Notes under the pieces: generated by a model
The model's input: the letters and a program-made list of their open reading frames with translations, nothing else
What the model was told of the DNA's origin: nothing
Database searches by the model: none
Position numbers and translations under genes: made by a program
Shown here: positions 63,440 to 64,000 of the stretch, piece after piece
Position numbering within the stretch: the first letter of the stretch is position 1
Layout of the letters: the number at the start of each line of letters is the position of its first letter
Origin: Candidatus Omnitrophota bacterium
Lineage (GTDB): Bacteria; Omnitrophota; Gorgyraeia; Gygaellales; Profunditerraquicolaceae
Direction: 5' to 3'
Length of the DNA: 64,000 bases
NCBI GenBank assembly: GCA_011620275.1
Contig: WOZK01000010.1
Span: 5,257-69,256 of the forward strand

Positions 63440-63640
63440 TTTTAGTCACCCCTCTTTAATTCTCCCCATCGGATGACAGGGAAGATGATCACCCTTCCTA
63501 AGTCTCCTTAGTTATCACCCCTCCATCATTCTCCCCATCGAGGGGAGGAAAGATTGGAGGTCCCCATTCGAGAGGAAAGATAGGTTGAACTCTGTTGGTT
63601 ACCGTAACCGTTACCGAACTAAGTATCGTGTCCCCGAATA
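63440..63640. repeat. Mosaic repeat (two Y-like units plus the X module) downstream of phoU2
   Basis: ...CCTCCATCATTCTCCCCATCGAGGGGAGGAAAGATTGGAGG...GTTGGTTACCGTAACCG...AAGTATCGTGTCCCC, same order and orientation as 52650..52776. Confidence 0.8.
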
Positions 63641-63641
63641 T

Positions 63642-64000
63642 GGACTTCACCTTCAGAGATATAAAGATCATCCGCAGCCGGCGCAGGAGGACCTGCGCGT
63701 TGATCGTCTGCCCGGACGGAACGGTCTTAATGCGTGTTCCCTCCGCTTTTTCAATTCACTCCGCGGAGCGATTGGCGTCTTCCAGAATGGGATGGATAAC
63801 GCGTAAGCGTTTTTTAGCTCTGCGTGAGGAAGAGCGCCGCAGGGAAATTAGCTCGGGAGTCCCTTATCTGGGTGAGGTTTACAAAATAACGTTTCTCGAA
63901 GGGAGTCCGGAAGGCTTGTCTTTCGACGGAAGAGAATTCAGGCTGGGAGGACTCCTGCGCGGGAACGCCGCCGGAGTGTTCGGCTCATGGTACAGGCGCC
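63642..64000 (+). CDS. YgjP/DUF45-family (M48-like, SprT/WLM-related) metal-dependent hydrolase, 3' partial
   Basis: MDFTFRDIKIIRSRRRRTCALIVCPDGTVLMRVPSAFSIHSAERLASSRMGWI... matches the ...Y.L.RS.RRKT..I.V.PDG.V.V.AP......I..F.....WI N-terminal pattern of YgjP proteins. The ORF runs off the window end. Confidence 0.6.

Noticed and set aside
1-64000. Codon reassignment (TAG or TGA as sense) suggested by the in-frame TAG in the amidotransferase
   Set aside because: TAG and TGA both terminate well-conserved genes at the expected positions throughout the window (for example TAG at 955, 49655, 61013; TGA at 10158, 14734, 17108). A single internal TAG is better explained by mutation or error.

Overview
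This 64-kb window looks like a high-GC, gene-dense chromosomal region of an anaerobic bacterium, with the look of a metagenome-assembled genome. I could not place it taxonomically from sequence alone. Nearly all genes are on the + strand in short operons, and I found no rRNA, tRNA or CRISPR. Recognisable content, in order:
- a YihY-family membrane protein (5' partial) and an AsmA/DUF748-like protein
- a decayed response-regulator gene carrying a palindromic element
- amtB-glnK
- a DUF362 Fe-S protein
- a GT39 (ArnT/PMT-like) plus GT2 (ArnC/GtrB-like) glycosyltransferase pair
- an N-terminally truncated Rho
- an RlmI-like methyltransferase and recN
- a glycerol operon (lipase-like hydrolase, glpK, glpA-like FAD dehydrogenase, FAD oxidoreductase, DUF1667)
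- dinB, a Wzx-like flippase (minus strand) and a GH1 beta-glucosidase
- a PAS histidine kinase with a frameshifted response regulator
- a radical-SAM/HhH protein, a GHL10 lipoprotein, a cold-shock protein, a FabK/NMO-like enzyme
- a GATase1 gene carrying an in-frame TAG, a PabB-like enzyme, radC, an AsmA-family protein
- a fragmented menA
- phoB-phoR, then a single-domain response regulator followed by a 2219-aa membrane protein with two tandem ~700-aa paralogous modules
- an OprP-like porin and pstSCAB-phoU
- a Fur-family regulator followed by a DUF5320/NifX-like/Mrp-type Fe-S ATPase cluster
- a second pst operon with tandem pstB genes and phoU
- a YgjP/DUF45 hydrolase (3' partial)

The main observations:
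- Phased TTCACA-type direct repeats with 11-bp periodicity (putative Pho boxes) sit in front of both the regulator/giant-protein operon and the porin-pstS1 operon.
- A family of mosaic dispersed intergenic repeats recurs through the window, including a 127-bp inverted pair that brackets the giant-protein/porin/pstS block.
- Five genes are disrupted, which suggests either gene decay or consensus errors.
- A consensus sigma70 promoter is followed by a terminator-like hairpin in the cold-shock gene leader.
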